A stretch of 63,964 bases of DNA, filler included, from Stramenopiles sp. TOSAG23-6 (taxonomy: Eukaryota), in NCBI GenBank assembly GCA_900128565.1. It is 3 parts of 3 records of this genome, joined end to end, with 100 filler letters (N's around TTAATTAATTAA, not from the genome) between each part and the next. Parts side by side here need not be neighbours in the genome. Positions count along the whole stretch, not along the records: positions 22,418 to 44,641 come from LT636017.1; 2 more parts are not named here. The stretch is one strand, 5' to 3'. The position numbers and the translations under genes are program-made. The notes beneath the pieces were generated by a model. That model made no database searches. It had not been told where the DNA came from and was given only the letters and a program-made list of their open reading frames with translations. Shown in pieces: positions 26,465-38,558 of the stretch. Each line of letters begins with the position of its first letter. Within the stretch, counting starts at the first letter, position 1.

Positions 26465-26572
26465 ATCTGTCTTTCTTAAAACCTATCAAAAAAATCAAAT
26501 TCATGTTCAGATTTTGTTTATTAGTATCAAAAAAATCAAATTCATGTTCAGATTTTGTTTATTAGTATAATG

Positions 26573-27223
26573 CTATATAATCGCCCCACGTTCAATAAAA
26601 ATAACTTTATTCCTCGAAGCCGAAGCATATGAATTCAATCCAGAAGTCTCATCTATTCTCCACGAATTACATCGCAAAGCTCTTAATTCAGTGGCATCAC
26701 AAGATTTTAAACCACTTATAAAGTTAACTACCAATCGCATTATCCAAAGATTTACTAGAACTAATAAAATCGTGTAAACNAACTCCGCCGCTAAAATATT
26801 ATGTTTTTCCAAGTACTTAGCACCAAAAACTAGAACAAATACACGCAAAAATAATTGTAGCAACAAGTAAAAGAAATACACTGAAATCCATTCCGTACGG
26901 TATTGTCTAGATCCCATATAGCCAAAGGCTGGCATCCAAAGTAGTATTAAGCCTAGCGGGTTCAGGGCAGCCCAAGGTAGTGATGTGAAAAGATCAATAA
27001 GACAGAGACATTGAAGAACAGCGGATAACGTTCGTAACTGATCGAGCTTTTCATTTGAAATAAGTGAGCCCCTGGAGACCAAATTAGCTTCGAACACATC
27101 GACTCCGGGTGTCAGCCGTTCACTTCCAACCTCTGAAGCCTCAGGTAATGTGGCGTTTTCTTGACCTTCTACGTAATCTTCTTGGCTTACTGTACCATAT
27201 TTCACAGGTACTGATGTCGACAT
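26573..27223 (-). CDS. Small multi-pass membrane protein of unknown function
   Basis: 216 aa ORF with about 4 hydrophobic segments. Confidence 0.65.
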   Translation of the reverse strand: MSTSVPVKYGTVSQEDYVEGQENATLPEASEVGSERLTPGVDVFEANLVSRGSLISNEKLDQLRTLSAVLQCLCLIDLFTSLPWAALNPLGLILLWMPAFGYMGSRQYRTEWISVYFFYLLLQLFLRVFVLVFGAKYLEKHNILAAEXVYTILLVLVNLWIMRLVVNFISGLKSCDATELRALRCNSWRIDETSGLNSYASASRNKVIFIERGAII

Positions 27224-27552
27224 AAATTGTTATCTATTGTATCAATGGATTGAGTGTCGAACGGTTAATAATAATATTTCCAGTGACAAGGAATAAGATC
27301 TGCAATAGTACGTAGTAAAGAGGATTCGTTGTTGTACACACAGTATTTTAAAAATTTTAGGCTGTTTCAAAAATCTTTAGACCTTTTTGTGTAACTGCTA
27401 GTTGAACTGCCACAAGTCAAAAGACTAACTTCTCTCTACGCCGTCTACGGTATCACAACTGAGTCTTCACACTACATTCTCCCAAGGCAATGCTCGGGTT
27501 AAATATTAGAGATTAGCATAAATAACTTCCATTGATTGTATGACAATCTAAT

Positions 27553-30500
27553 ATGCAATCTAATCCTCAAATTTCGAAAATAGATACNTCCCATAGTGAT
27601 CAAAGTAGACGAACGACAACATCAACTAGACGAGTCNTTTTCTCAAGTGATAGGAATAGTAAAGCCCCTCGTCCACAATCTCCATCTGTCATACACGATC
27701 TATCTAAATTATCTGAACTACAAGTATTATTATCTCAACTAGAGAATGGTGGTAAAGATCCTGAAAAGTTTATTCAAAATTTTTTGAAGCCAAGATACCG
27801 TCAACTACAATTGACTGACGCTGACTGGCGGAATATTTTAAAAGATATCGACCCGCGACGTAATAGGAGAAAAAGTACTGCCACCAATGACACATCGATA
27901 TCCCATCTTGAAAATCTTGATGCTTTAGCACTTTTATCACTGTATGATGAAACTGANAATAAAACTGTATCGAAAGGAGAAACTGAAGTAAATGCAAAAC
28001 AGCAACTTGAGCTTTCACGAGATTTAAGGAAGCAACATTTAGATAGTCGAGCAGCAATAGAGCTGTATAGCCGCCTCAATGAAGTTGGCCGATCTTTTTA
28101 TTTTAAACAGAATCGGCCCCAGATGATTAAACGATTAAGACCACTAGAGCAATCCCCAAAGAAAGTATTGGATAGAGTTACATCCAAACCAGAAGTAAGT
28201 GTGTTACCTAGTAAAAAGGTTTCAAAAATTGATTCATATCGAAGTTTGTATTCCGCACCAACAATATCATCTCCAAAAAAGGCTAGCTCGGCACTTGGTA
28301 GTAGCAGTGGAACTAGTGTTCGCGTCAAACATAATAGTCAATATTCATTAGGAAGTAGACCAGGTCCACCAAGTCGTTTACCTCATCGACCACATCAACG
28401 ACATCATGCACCAAATATTTCTAAGAGTAAAGTGTATAGTAAAATACAAAACTCAAAAAAAACAAGATTCGATAGCATTCATCAAGATGTTCAGAAAAAT
28501 CAACAAAACGATAATTTAGCGAGAGATATATTCCTTCGAAAACCACCATCCGTAAAAAAAATGTTACGTAGTGATCTAAATTCTTTCGGTTTGGTTACAT
28601 TATTTGGCGATTCTTTGATCGGGTCGTCAAGAGTTAAACAGCAATTGGAACATCACAGCTTGAATAAAATTAGTCCAAAAAGTAGCGTGTTCAAGCATCT
28701 GAAACCTGAAGTAACATCAGCATATGCCAAAACAAAGCTAGGGCATTCAGATATACTTATAGAAAGAAGGCGCAAAGGCAAACTAATAGAGAAACAGAAA
28801 ATTGAAGAACAATCTTTGGATAATCCAATAAAAGTAAAAGTATTACCACTCGTTCCAAGACCTCCGCCTCCACGCCCCCCCCCNATGCGCAGTANTNCTG
28901 TGAAAATTCATCCGAATAAACAAAGTATACATCAGAAAAAAAATCAAATAAGACAATTGCGACAATGGCGAATGGATCAAACCCGCCAGCGTGAAGTAGG
29001 CCGATTGGGACCGGGTCAAGATCTGAATCAACTTATACTTGAAACAAAACGATATGAAGAAGAAGAAATACATGCCATACAACAAACATCAGACGACTTA
29101 CGTCGCAATCTTCGATGTATTCCAAGTAAGCAACGGATTATTAAAGCATATATAAAAAAAGCAACGTCAGAATTCCCACTGGAGTTTTTACGAGAGAAAG
29201 GTTTGCTGTCAACTCAGGCGGCAAAGNGTGTAGAGATATTTCAACTTCACATAGAAAAATGCGGGATTCGGCTATTAGAAATTGCATGGTCTAAATGGTT
29301 AGATCGGGTAAAACAAGCTCAGGCAAAAGAAAGAAGACAAGCTGCTATTTTAATACAATGTATTTTTCGTAGCTTCTGTGCAAGATGTATTTACCAGAAT
29401 TTGAAAAGAGAGAAATGCGAAGCCGCAGAAACAATGTTGATGTCACGCGAAGAAATCTTTATGCGAGAATGGATGCATCTAGAAGCATGCGCGTACAAGC
29501 TTATGGCTGCATGGCGTGCGAATATTGCGCGTCGCTTACTATCAAACCTTAGACGTGATAGGAACGCTGCAATGAAAATTCAAAAGAACTTTCGTGTGAC
29601 TAAAAACATGCGTATGGTGAAAAAGTTGATGCGTAAACATCGCAGGGAAGACGCTGCTGCAAGGAAAATACAAGGATTCCTTGAGATCATACGCGGACGT
29701 ATACGGGTTACAATGATGCGTGATTTGGCGAGACGTGCAGTAATTGAAGCAAAACTTGCATGGACAAGAAGTGCTGAGGCGAAAAGGCAAAAGAGATTCG
29801 AAATGACAGGTGCAGCAATTGTTCTAAAACGAGCATGGCATAAACGAAATGAAGGTACGTTTATGTTACCATTGTATTGTACCAACATCCAACGTCGATG
29901 GCGTGGTAAGTTGGGTAGACGCATTGCTAGAGCNGCCAGGAATGTTTTAGAAGAACAAAAACGGGCGATCGAAGTCGCACTTGAAGCTGAGAGAATGGGT
30001 GGTGTATACAGTGATGCTGTGCAGGTTCTACAGAGAGTATTGCGCGGTGGAATGGCTCGGCTTTATGTTCGACGCATTCGAGAAGAAGTTGTCAATGCAA
30101 TAGAGAGGAGGCGGATAGCAAAACTCAAACTAATTGATTTAACGCCCAAGCAAAAGCTCAAGCGACGTGCTGCAGAGCTACGACGAGCTGCANGGCGCAA
30201 GATATTTAAAAATCCAAAAGAAGTTCGCGCAGCAAAAAAGATTCAAGCTTTGTGGCGATGGATTTATGTAATGCGGAAGATTCGACGTGAGAGACGAGCA
30301 AGGCTACGTAGGTCTAACTTGACTCGTCATTTTATGATAGTAAAAGTTCAACGTCAGTTCAAAATGTATCTTAGAGCTGCGAGGAAAAAGAAACGGATTC
30401 TCGATAATGCTGCAACTAAGTTACAACGCGCCTTCAGAGGAAAGAAAGATCGGAATGCATTTGTACAAATATTGTTAACTATTCGTTGTGCCAAAATTGT

Positions 30501-33500
30501 ACAACGTTGGTGGAGACGTGTCACTTCGTATCAGAGAATGGACAAAATGCGGCAAGCTATTCGAATCCGAAGACTCGCTGTTCTCCGACTGCAGGCTATG
30601 TTTCGACGCATGCTTGCGACCCGTAAAATGTGGAAATTAAGGGTTTATGGCAGAAAGAAAGACGAATTGAAGGAGAAAGGCATTTGCGGATGCAGAAGAA
30701 GTAGATATTTCGCCCGCGATAAAGTTCTTCTTAATGCCGCCAATGGATTATTCAAAGATAGTGGTGCTCCACAAGCAATATTTAAAAAGTGGATGAAGAA
30801 TGGTTCTGGTTCTAGTACAGATAATGCACTGACGTTGGGGGACATGCGTAAATTAATGGTGGCTACAACGAAACTCACGCACGAAACGAAGAAGGAAAAA
30901 CGCCTTCGAGACGAAGCAGATTTAAAACGAAGAAAAGAGAGGGCTGAAAAAGCAAGAGCAAAGGAGGAAGCTGAAGCTGTTGCAGCCGAAGCACTTCTTG
31001 CAAAGGAGGAAGCAAAGCTCAAAAAGGCAGAGGCGAGCGATGACTTTTTACTAATTGCTAAACTTCGTGCGTCAGTCAAACATTGTCGCGAAGTAGCTGA
31101 AAAAGAACGCCGTGAGGCAGATGAAGCAATCGAAGAAATGAGGTTGGCTAAATGTGCAAAGGTGCAAGAAACTAGTGGTAGAAGTTCTCCTGACCAAAAA
31201 TTGACGGAGGATGGTTCAAGTAATCCTGATAATAGAGATACCGAAGATCGTGCATCAACGGCAGAACGAGCTCTTGCAGCAGAGGCAGCGAAGGAAAGGA
31301 AGAAAAAGAGAAAACAGTTGAAAGAAGTTCTTAGCACAACAATAATTGATATTGTATTTTCAAGTTCGTTACCGCATGGACAAAAAAGTCTGCCATTTTC
31401 AAACTTCCATGTTTTTCTGCGAGCTTTAGGTAAGAAAAGATATACAGAGAAGAAACATCAAATACTTCGACTTCATTCTGATAGTGACGCGTTGTTACTG
31501 AGAGTTTTATGGGCTCTTTTAGAATCCAAATGGGCCAGGCCTATTGCTCTCGCGCACGAGAAATTGGTAGATAAGTTCGTTCACGATACAGCTAATAGAT
31601 TACAGCGTTGGCACAGGAATATGTTGTCATTGTTAAAGGTTCGTCGTTACCAAGTTCTGACTGATATTGAGATTAGCAAAAAAGCATTGAATGAAGCAGC
31701 GACGAAGCTTCAAGGTTTATGGAAGCGAAGGCAGGCTCGATCTCAAATGATGGATTTGGCAAGATCAGCTATTCAGAAATATATTGACCCAAATTCATCG
31801 ATGCCATTTTGGTATAACACAATTACAGGAGTTACCACGTGGAAAAAACCAAAGTTACTTGGTAAACAAGACGTTCCAGCTGTTGCTCTTGCGGACCCAG
31901 AACGAGAGATGCGCGTTATGTGTTTACAATGTCAAACATTCATTGCCGTCTTACAGTGCCATGAAACAGGCGAATATCTTTGTGCATCATGTTTTGATAA
32001 TAACTACAGAAAGATGAATTTAGGCTATACATTTGGTAAGATTAGATTATGCGTCGAATGTGAAATGGAAATTGCAACAAGGACTTGTGATAAATGTGAA
32101 GATGAGTTTTGTGATATGTGTTATCCTCGATTACACAGACGTGGGGCAATGTTGAGGCATACGTACACACCGCTACCTGGAATCGGAATGTGCACAACAT
32201 GTGCGGCCTTTGGTGGGCGGGTGTCATTGGAAACACCCACAGGTACAGAATTACAATGTTGGGGTTGTTATCACCAGTATTATGAAGGTAGTGCATACCA
32301 AGAAGTTTCAGTAAACCCTGTCGTGTCCGAGCCAACGCCTGAAGAAATTGAAGTTCTATTTCCTACACCTGATAATGATGAAATCGCAGAACAAGAAGCA
32401 ATCGCTATGGCGAAATCCAAAGCTGATGCTGTTGCTAAAGCAATCGAAAAGGCAAATGAGCTGCCATTGCCAAAAGAATGGCAAGAACATAAAGATAATG
32501 ATGGTTCTTCATTCTACTATAACACAGAAACAGGTGAATCGGTTTGGGAAAGACCAAAAGCAAGTATTAAAGATATCATGGGCGGCAAAAAGACACCCCN
32601 ACATAAGATGGCNGATGATATGGATCTTGACGAAGCTGCAACATTTATGCAAAATATGTGGAGAAACAAAAAAGCTCGAGCTCTTGTTCGTGTAATAATT
32701 GCAGGCATGTGGGAAAAAGTGTGGGATGATNATTCTCAAGCATATTATTACTACAACTTTGCTAGTGGAAACAGTTTATGGACCAAGCCATTACTCCTCG
32801 GCGAATCATATGATTTAGAAGTGACTCCAAGGTCNCTTGCCAAATCACTTAAATTGGGTGTCAAAATTACACCTCGACCGATTATACAAAAGGATGGTAC
32901 TTTCGTAAGTAAAGAAAAACAAGCGATCAGACATGCTAATATTTTGCAACAGATAAAGGAAGAAAATGAGAGAAATGCAAAGGAGGAAATAGAAAAAAAG
33001 AAAAACGAAGACATAAAACAATTGAAACAAAGAGAAGAAGAATTAAATGAGATGAAGGAAATCACAGAATTTTCCGAATCTGCCGATAATGTGGAAAATG
33101 ATGAGTGGAGTGAATGTGCAGACGCGGAGGGCAATATATATTATTATAATAATGAGACTGGAGAATCTTCATGGGACAAGCCAAAAAAGAAGTTGAAATC
33201 ATTGATTAAAATGAGCCAGTTCATGAAAAGTCAATCAAACAATGNGGAANCTTCCATAGAAATGAATGAAGCCGCGATAAAGATACAAAATCTGTATCGT
33301 AGTAGAAAAGCCCGAGCTCTATTTCGTGTACTTTTGTCGAATGTCTGGGAGAAAACTTTGGATGATGCATCTGGAACTTTTTATTATTTCAACAAAAAGA
33401 CTATGAACAGTCAGTGGACGAAACCATCAATATTAAAGGGCACACAGGATATCGATGTAACACCACGAACCCTTAGTCGAAGCATCGAGTTAGGCATTAC

Positions 33501-33714
33501 AATACCCCCTAAAGAAATTGATTCTAGCGCGACGCAAAAGCCTTCGCATACGTGGGAGAAAGTTATTGATGAAGATAGTCAAGCCTTCTATTATTTTAAT
33601 ACAGCTACATATGAATCATCGTGGGTACTTCCAGAAGAATTTGGAGGTATCGATATTCCAATCACTCCCAGAACAGAGGCACGATCCGTGGAACTTGGAA
33701 TTATCATGAATTAA
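27553..33714 (+). CDS. Large intronless IQ-motif, WW-domain and B-box zinc-finger protein
   Basis: Many IQxxxRG motifs; WW repeats (WEKVWDD..YYYN..SLWTKP); B-box CVECE..CDKCEDEFCDMCYPRLH. Confidence 0.85.
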   Translation: MQSNPQISKIDXSHSDQSRRTTTSTRRVXFSSDRNSKAPRPQSPSVIHDLSKLSELQVLLSQLENGGKDPEKFIQNFLKPRYRQLQLTDADWRNILKDIDPRRNRRKSTATNDTSISHLENLDALALLSLYDETXNKTVSKGETEVNAKQQLELSRDLRKQHLDSRAAIELYSRLNEVGRSFYFKQNRPQMIKRLRPLEQSPKKVLDRVTSKPEVSVLPSKKVSKIDSYRSLYSAPTISSPKKASSALGSSSGTSVRVKHNSQYSLGSRPGPPSRLPHRPHQRHHAPNISKSKVYSKIQNSKKTRFDSIHQDVQKNQQNDNLARDIFLRKPPSVKKMLRSDLNSFGLVTLFGDSLIGSSRVKQQLEHHSLNKISPKSSVFKHLKPEVTSAYAKTKLGHSDILIERRRKGKLIEKQKIEEQSLDNPIKVKVLPLVPRPPPPRPPXMRSXXVKIHPNKQSIHQKKNQIRQLRQWRMDQTRQREVGRLGPGQDLNQLILETKRYEEEEIHAIQQTSDDLRRNLRCIPSKQRIIKAYIKKATSEFPLEFLREKGLLSTQAAKXVEIFQLHIEKCGIRLLEIAWSKWLDRVKQAQAKERRQAAILIQCIFRSFCARCIYQNLKREKCEAAETMLMSREEIFMREWMHLEACAYKLMAAWRANIARRLLSNLRRDRNAAMKIQKNFRVTKNMRMVKKLMRKHRREDAAARKIQGFLEIIRGRIRVTMMRDLARRAVIEAKLAWTRSAEAKRQKRFEMTGAAIVLKRAWHKRNEGTFMLPLYCTNIQRRWRGKLGRRIARXARNVLEEQKRAIEVALEAERMGGVYSDAVQVLQRVLRGGMARLYVRRIREEVVNAIERRRIAKLKLIDLTPKQKLKRRAAELRRAAXRKIFKNPKEVRAAKKIQALWRWIYVMRKIRRERRARLRRSNLTRHFMIVKVQRQFKMYLRAARKKKRILDNAATKLQRAFRGKKDRNAFVQILLTIRCAKIVQRWWRRVTSYQRMDKMRQAIRIRRLAVLRLQAMFRRMLATRKMWKLRVYGRKKDELKEKGICGCRRSRYFARDKVLLNAANGLFKDSGAPQAIFKKWMKNGSGSSTDNALTLGDMRKLMVATTKLTHETKKEKRLRDEADLKRRKERAEKARAKEEAEAVAAEALLAKEEAKLKKAEASDDFLLIAKLRASVKHCREVAEKERREADEAIEEMRLAKCAKVQETSGRSSPDQKLTEDGSSNPDNRDTEDRASTAERALAAEAAKERKKKRKQLKEVLSTTIIDIVFSSSLPHGQKSLPFSNFHVFLRALGKKRYTEKKHQILRLHSDSDALLLRVLWALLESKWARPIALAHEKLVDKFVHDTANRLQRWHRNMLSLLKVRRYQVLTDIEISKKALNEAATKLQGLWKRRQARSQMMDLARSAIQKYIDPNSSMPFWYNTITGVTTWKKPKLLGKQDVPAVALADPEREMRVMCLQCQTFIAVLQCHETGEYLCASCFDNNYRKMNLGYTFGKIRLCVECEMEIATRTCDKCEDEFCDMCYPRLHRRGAMLRHTYTPLPGIGMCTTCAAFGGRVSLETPTGTELQCWGCYHQYYEGSAYQEVSVNPVVSEPTPEEIEVLFPTPDNDEIAEQEAIAMAKSKADAVAKAIEKANELPLPKEWQEHKDNDGSSFYYNTETGESVWERPKASIKDIMGGKKTPXHKMXDDMDLDEAATFMQNMWRNKKARALVRVIIAGMWEKVWDDXSQAYYYYNFASGNSLWTKPLLLGESYDLEVTPRXLAKSLKLGVKITPRPIIQKDGTFVSKEKQAIRHANILQQIKEENERNAKEEIEKKKNEDIKQLKQREEELNEMKEITEFSESADNVENDEWSECADAEGNIYYYNNETGESSWDKPKKKLKSLIKMSQFMKSQSNNXEXSIEMNEAAIKIQNLYRSRKARALFRVLLSNVWEKTLDDASGTFYYFNKKTMNSQWTKPSILKGTQDIDVTPRTLSRSIELGITIPPKEIDSSATQKPSHTWEKVIDEDSQAFYYFNTATYESSWVLPEEFGGIDIPITPRTEARSVELGIIMN

Positions 33715-33829
33715 TTTTTTCCGACAATTATAAAGAATATTAAAGAATACGTACTTTTATAATTATTACACAAAAATCTATTTGAAATTATACTGTTTCC
33801 AATATGAAAGTAAAATATTTATATGGATC

Positions 33830-35956
33830 TCAACTACGAGGAAATGTAGCAGCATGGCCTGCCTTTGCAGCTTTCAAAAAGTTTTGCAATTTATTCAATC
33901 TATCATCAATTTCTGCAATTTCTAAGGAAGTATCAATTGCGCCTTTTGTTTTTGGAGAGACTTCGGGTGAAATTTTCTTCATCATATCTGGATAATTCAT
34001 GGGTATTTCAATGGTCGTTTGACCGAATTCTCTATCTTGACAATTTTTCACTAATCTGTTATTTTCTTTATCATTATGATGTAAAACTTCATCATACTGT
34101 TCATTCGTTTTCATTGTAGGACTATCACATTTCTCATTATGTTGAGACTGCATCGAAACAGAATTTAATATCTCATTATTTTGAGACTGCATCGAAACAG
34201 AATTCAATAAATCCAAGGCAGATGAATTTTGAAGTTGTTCCTGAGTAGAATCCCTTGTAGTCAATTCGACCGAACCTTTTTTATTGTTTTGACTAATTTG
34301 TCTTTTTTTTTCTTTTATTTGTTTGTTGGATTTGTTGGACATCCGGCTTCTACTTCTGCTTCTAATAGAAGATCCTCTCATAATTTCCTCCTCACGAAAT
34401 TTTCGTTCTCGTGACTGGCGAAGTTTAGACTTTCGATTAGCAACAAAAGCAGTTGGGTCAAATCGAGGTATAGGACTTTGTGATCTCATCGATTTCGAAC
34501 GACTTCTTGTTCGAGATTTATCTTTACGGCGAATGATGTATTTTGGAAAAATATTTGAAAAAAAAAATCGTCAGGTACAAAATTTCGTACGAAACAAAAA
34601 ACGAATTTGAAAAAAAATTAAAACATACATGCTCCGACTGCGACTTCTTTGTGTTAATTTATTTTTTTTTGCAGAACCAATTTTTTCTCGTGTTCTACTA
34701 CTACTAGTGCTTCTAGTAAATCGTCCAGTGCGTGAAGCTATACTACTGTTTAAATTTGCATTTCGTGTTGCTGATCGCCCGCGAGATCTTTCTTTTCCTT
34801 TCGCATTATCAGAATACATTTTATTTCGTGTTGCTGATCGCCCGCGGGATCTTTCTTTTCCTTTCGCATTATCAGAATACATTTTATTATTGTAACGTTT
34901 TTTTCTTAACAACGGACGAGGTGTAGTTGTTGGGGTATAATTTTTAGTAGTATGAGAGTCTATATGAACTAGGCTTCTACTTGTACTTCGGTTTCGATAT
35001 CTTACTAAACTTCCCTTGGGATCAGGGTTAGTTTTATTTGTGCTTCGATTTACCTTACTTTTTTGACAGCGATTGAAAACTTTTGAGTTATTTCTTTGTT
35101 TGAATTTTCGTCTTGTGCCATTTACTGTGTTACTATCCTTATTCATATCTTCTATACGCTGTAATAGCTCACTGTTTCTTTTTTTCAATTCTTCAATTTG
35201 TCCTTTGGCTTCGCATTTATTTTTGTTTACTTGAGTTTTATATACCTTAAATTCTTCTCTCTCACTTTGAATAGTGCGAGACAAATGCAGAAGGTCAGTT
35301 TGAACAGCTGAAAGTCTTTCAGATAAAGACACATTTGCTGCTTTTAATTCCATTTCACGAGCGTGAGCAATCTCAATTATTTTAGAAGTACTGTCAGATT
35401 CGTTATTATCAGTTTCTATTCTTGACTTACCCAAAGATGCTCGCAAAGCACTCAATTCCTTTCGCAGAGAAGCTACCGTGCAACGCAATATTGTTTCTAT
35501 TGAGTCTTTACATGGAAGCAGAGGGAGAGGCCAATGTATACGATCAAACTCTACGTTGTATGTAAGAACTAAATATCGTTTTTCCCGAAGCACCTCTGCG
35601 TTAGCAGGTATTGGGCGGCTACCTCCGTTATTTTTCATCCGCATTTCTTGTAAATCATCAAATGTTAATAAATCAATCCATACACTACTACTACTGCTCT
35701 TCTGCGCAGCACTTAACATTCTCACGAATACTGAAAATTTTTTGAAGTTGCGTGTCTGTCGTGTTAGTTGTTCAATCTGAGTGGCTGAAAATTCCCCACG
35801 CCAACGTAACGCGTTCACCTTTTGTACAACTTCTATAGTTAAAAGGTCATCTATGGCTGAAACTATCATTGTGTAATCCTCACACTTTCCATTATGTTGG
35901 AACGTAACATCCATCTGCTGTAAAGGTAGGAGATCCTTCATCTCCTCCATAGCCAT
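33830..35956 (-). CDS. CCDC61: CCDC61/VFL3 centrosomal protein
   Basis: WRGEFSATQIEQLTRQTRNFKKFSVF, DLLTFDDL, KRYLVLTYNVEFDRIHWPLPL, RFDPTAFV, EIDDRLNKLQNFL. Exons 35956-34629 and 34535-33830. Confidence 0.9.
34536..34628 (-). mobile_element. Introner-like intron GT..CAT
   Basis: CAT|GTATGT..TACCTGAC..AAAATACAT|C joins the CCDC61 frames. Confidence 0.85.
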
Positions 35957-36430
35957 TATAATCCTACTTTTTATGAGCGTGCTTTCTCAAAAAAAGTCGA
36001 GATTTTTTTTGATTTTCAGAAATTTTCAAATTTTCAAATGTTTGAAATTTTTGTGCGATTTCTCAAATCGCAATCACCGCATAGTACCGGGTAACTTCAA
36101 AATGACTACGACGTTTTGTATTTGTACGCCCATCAATAATGATCAGATCCTCTCTGATACAACACGCAGCAGCAGAACTTTATTGTGCTCCAACAAAACA
36201 AAGACTATTATAATCTATCTAATTGCGGGGGATATTTTCCCACCTGAACTATATTATTACATTATCAACGGATTCATAAACCTTCTTTTGACATCGTGTA
36301 TACTTTGTCTTTAATATAGATGCTTTATACGTATTGTATTTCTGATGAGAGTAGGTTTAAAGAACTACAGTGCTACTTTGATTGAAGAAGAAGAAGGCAT
36401 ACTAAAACGTAATTCATTGGGATCAATTGT

Positions 36431-37306
36431 ATGATGTTTCAATATACACAAAATAGTGACTCGTCTTCTTTTAATTCAACTCTCGGTCGTGAAATTATGG
36501 CGGGTGCAGAAGAAGAGGGGCTCTTGCTTACTTTTGAATCCGTAGTGACAACTCTTAGACTTATTGAAGATAAAACAGAGGCTGAACAGTCTACCCATTT
36601 CCCAGCATCAGCACTTATGCACCCATCATATGCTGATTTAGTTTTACTCGAACCTTGGCGCCGAAATTGGCATCAGAAAATGTGGCATGGATCTAAAGGG
36701 AATAAGCCCATTAGAGAGCTCCGAGTTTGTGATCATAGTGGCTTTCGCCGACGCGCAGGGTGCGTTGTATTTGAAACATCGCAGAAAAAACGTGTACTTT
36801 GTGTGCGCGTTGGAAGCAAGAAAAAAAATGGGATTAGTAAAAACAAACATCCTCATTTGGATGTGTCTACATCTTGGAATAAAAAACATGAAAGTTGGAA
36901 CCCTAACCCTAACCCTTTAGTTTTCGATGAATCTTCAAATAGTATTTCAAGTCATACTAATGAAGACCATCAATGGATATTCCCTGCCGGAGGTGTCGAG
37001 GTTGGAGAATGTATGATCGAAGCAGCCAGACGTGAACTTGAGGAAGAAGCAGGATATTGTATCGTCGACCCTAAAGCAAACGACACACTCAAAAATGTTC
37101 AGAGTTTAGGTTGGATCGAAAGCTCATCCAAAAAAACCCGAACAATTTATTACAGTGTAAGTGGTGTCGTGAAAGATGTCGCTCCGACATCAACATTGTT
37201 TGATCATCGTGAGCGAAAGTTTTTTGACGTAGAAGTAGCAAAAAAATACCTTAAACCAGTATTTCTACGTCCTTTGGACCTTGCTTTGAGTCTCCGTAAT
37301 AACTGA
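36431..37306 (+). CDS. Nudix hydrolase, DIPP/NUDT3-like
   Basis: GFRRRAGCVVF and Nudix box WIFPAGGVEVGECMIEAARRELEEEAG. Confidence 0.8.
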   Translation: MMFQYTQNSDSSSFNSTLGREIMAGAEEEGLLLTFESVVTTLRLIEDKTEAEQSTHFPASALMHPSYADLVLLEPWRRNWHQKMWHGSKGNKPIRELRVCDHSGFRRRAGCVVFETSQKKRVLCVRVGSKKKNGISKNKHPHLDVSTSWNKKHESWNPNPNPLVFDESSNSISSHTNEDHQWIFPAGGVEVGECMIEAARRELEEEAGYCIVDPKANDTLKNVQSLGWIESSSKKTRTIYYSVSGVVKDVAPTSTLFDHRERKFFDVEVAKKYLKPVFLRPLDLALSLRNN

Positions 37307-38015
37307 TTTCTTTTGTTAGGTAGGTACAAAATTTACTAAGAAAAGAAAAATTCATAAAAAAAGACAAGTATGTAATCTTCTAAGTTGCGACTATTTTCTT
37401 CCTATGTTGGTATATCGAAGGGTATTATATGAATTGATTTCATTACAAATTTTGTCTGATATATTATAAATTGTTAGTTTGATTTAGTATTTGGATTTTA
37501 CGTGATTTTGGACTCTGCTTTGAATATTTCTAGGAAATACTTTACGAGTAATCACTAGACTTTTGAATACTAGAGAAATGCAGTAATCAGCAGATATTTC
37601 TTTTTCATAACTGTGCTAGTGGGATAGCTTAATAATAGAAAGAACGCATTGAGCTGGAAGAATCTGTCGGTTACTTTCTTCCATGGGAGCAGCGCCGCCG
37701 CCACGTTGACTTGACACGTGTCCACAACAACCAAACCAGAGTCGAAGAGGTCGCACTTCATATTTGTATGTCTGTTCCTTATTTAATGTAAAACAGTACA
37801 AGAATTCGGCTCTACATTAACGTTAAGAAAAAGACGGAAGCGAAGAAACATTTGCAGAAAATTAAGCAAAAACGCTAGAGTTATATGTTATTTTATTATA
37901 GAAAAATTAAAAGCACACACGCCAATATACAATCAGGTGTATTTATAAAGTCTCACAGAATTAATCTCATAGAACCGTGTAATTTTTCTTCATTTATCGT
38001 TCAGCTTGAAAGCAT

Positions 38016-38558
38016 TTATCGGATAAAATTAGCGAGCTGAGCTGCTGCAATCCAACCACAAACCTGTGCTCCGACTGTTGCTCCAAGACGTTGAACATCA
38101 CCATCATTCGTGTTGACAAATGTCATGAAGGTAACTGCTGGGTTGAAGTCCCCAGTGAAAGTATTACAAGCAACATAAAGTCCCATAGCAGTTTGCATGG
38201 TGTCTCCACCAGCTGCACAGCTCGAAAGAAGTAATGTTCCCAAGAACTCACCTGCGCAAGCTTTTACGAGGTCGCCAGATTTTTGATCGGATTTTCTTTC
38301 ACCATTAAAGAAGTTGTTTAACTGGAGTGCGAGGAAAGCACCTAAGAGCTGACTGACAACAGTGAAAGCACCGGCTTGAGCGTTTGCTCCTTCTACAACG
38401 GCTGCGAGATTCGCAGCACTGTTGAGTCCTGCTCCAGCAGAAACAGCAGCAGCGACAACAAGCCCAGCAGCAACCTTTAATGAGTCCCCTTTAGACTGGA
38501 GTATAGCACTGCAGAAGAAGAATGTCCCAGCAACTTCATTGAATTTGAAAATGTCCAT
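38016..38558 (-). CDS. Short aquaporin/MIP-like protein
   Basis: EVAGT, LNSA, SQLLGA, EFLGT, FNPAV, AQVCG pattern of a six-helix MIP fold. Confidence 0.8.
   Translation of the reverse strand: MDIFKFNEVAGTFFFCSAILQSKGDSLKVAAGLVVAAAVSAGAGLNSAANLAAVVEGANAQAGAFTVVSQLLGAFLALQLNNFFNGERKSDQKSGDLVKACAGEFLGTLLLSSCAAGGDTMQTAMGLYVACNTFTGDFNPAVTFMTFVNTNDGDVQRLGATVGAQVCGWIAAAQLANFIR

Noticed and set aside
26484-26568. Short intergenic tandem duplications (also about 4539-4660 and 54475-54590)
   Set aside because: Simple local duplications with no sign of function.
30645-31337. Long antisense ORFs (also 55281-55916, 40228-40851)
   Set aside because: Shadows of repetitive or charged coding sequence on the opposite strand.
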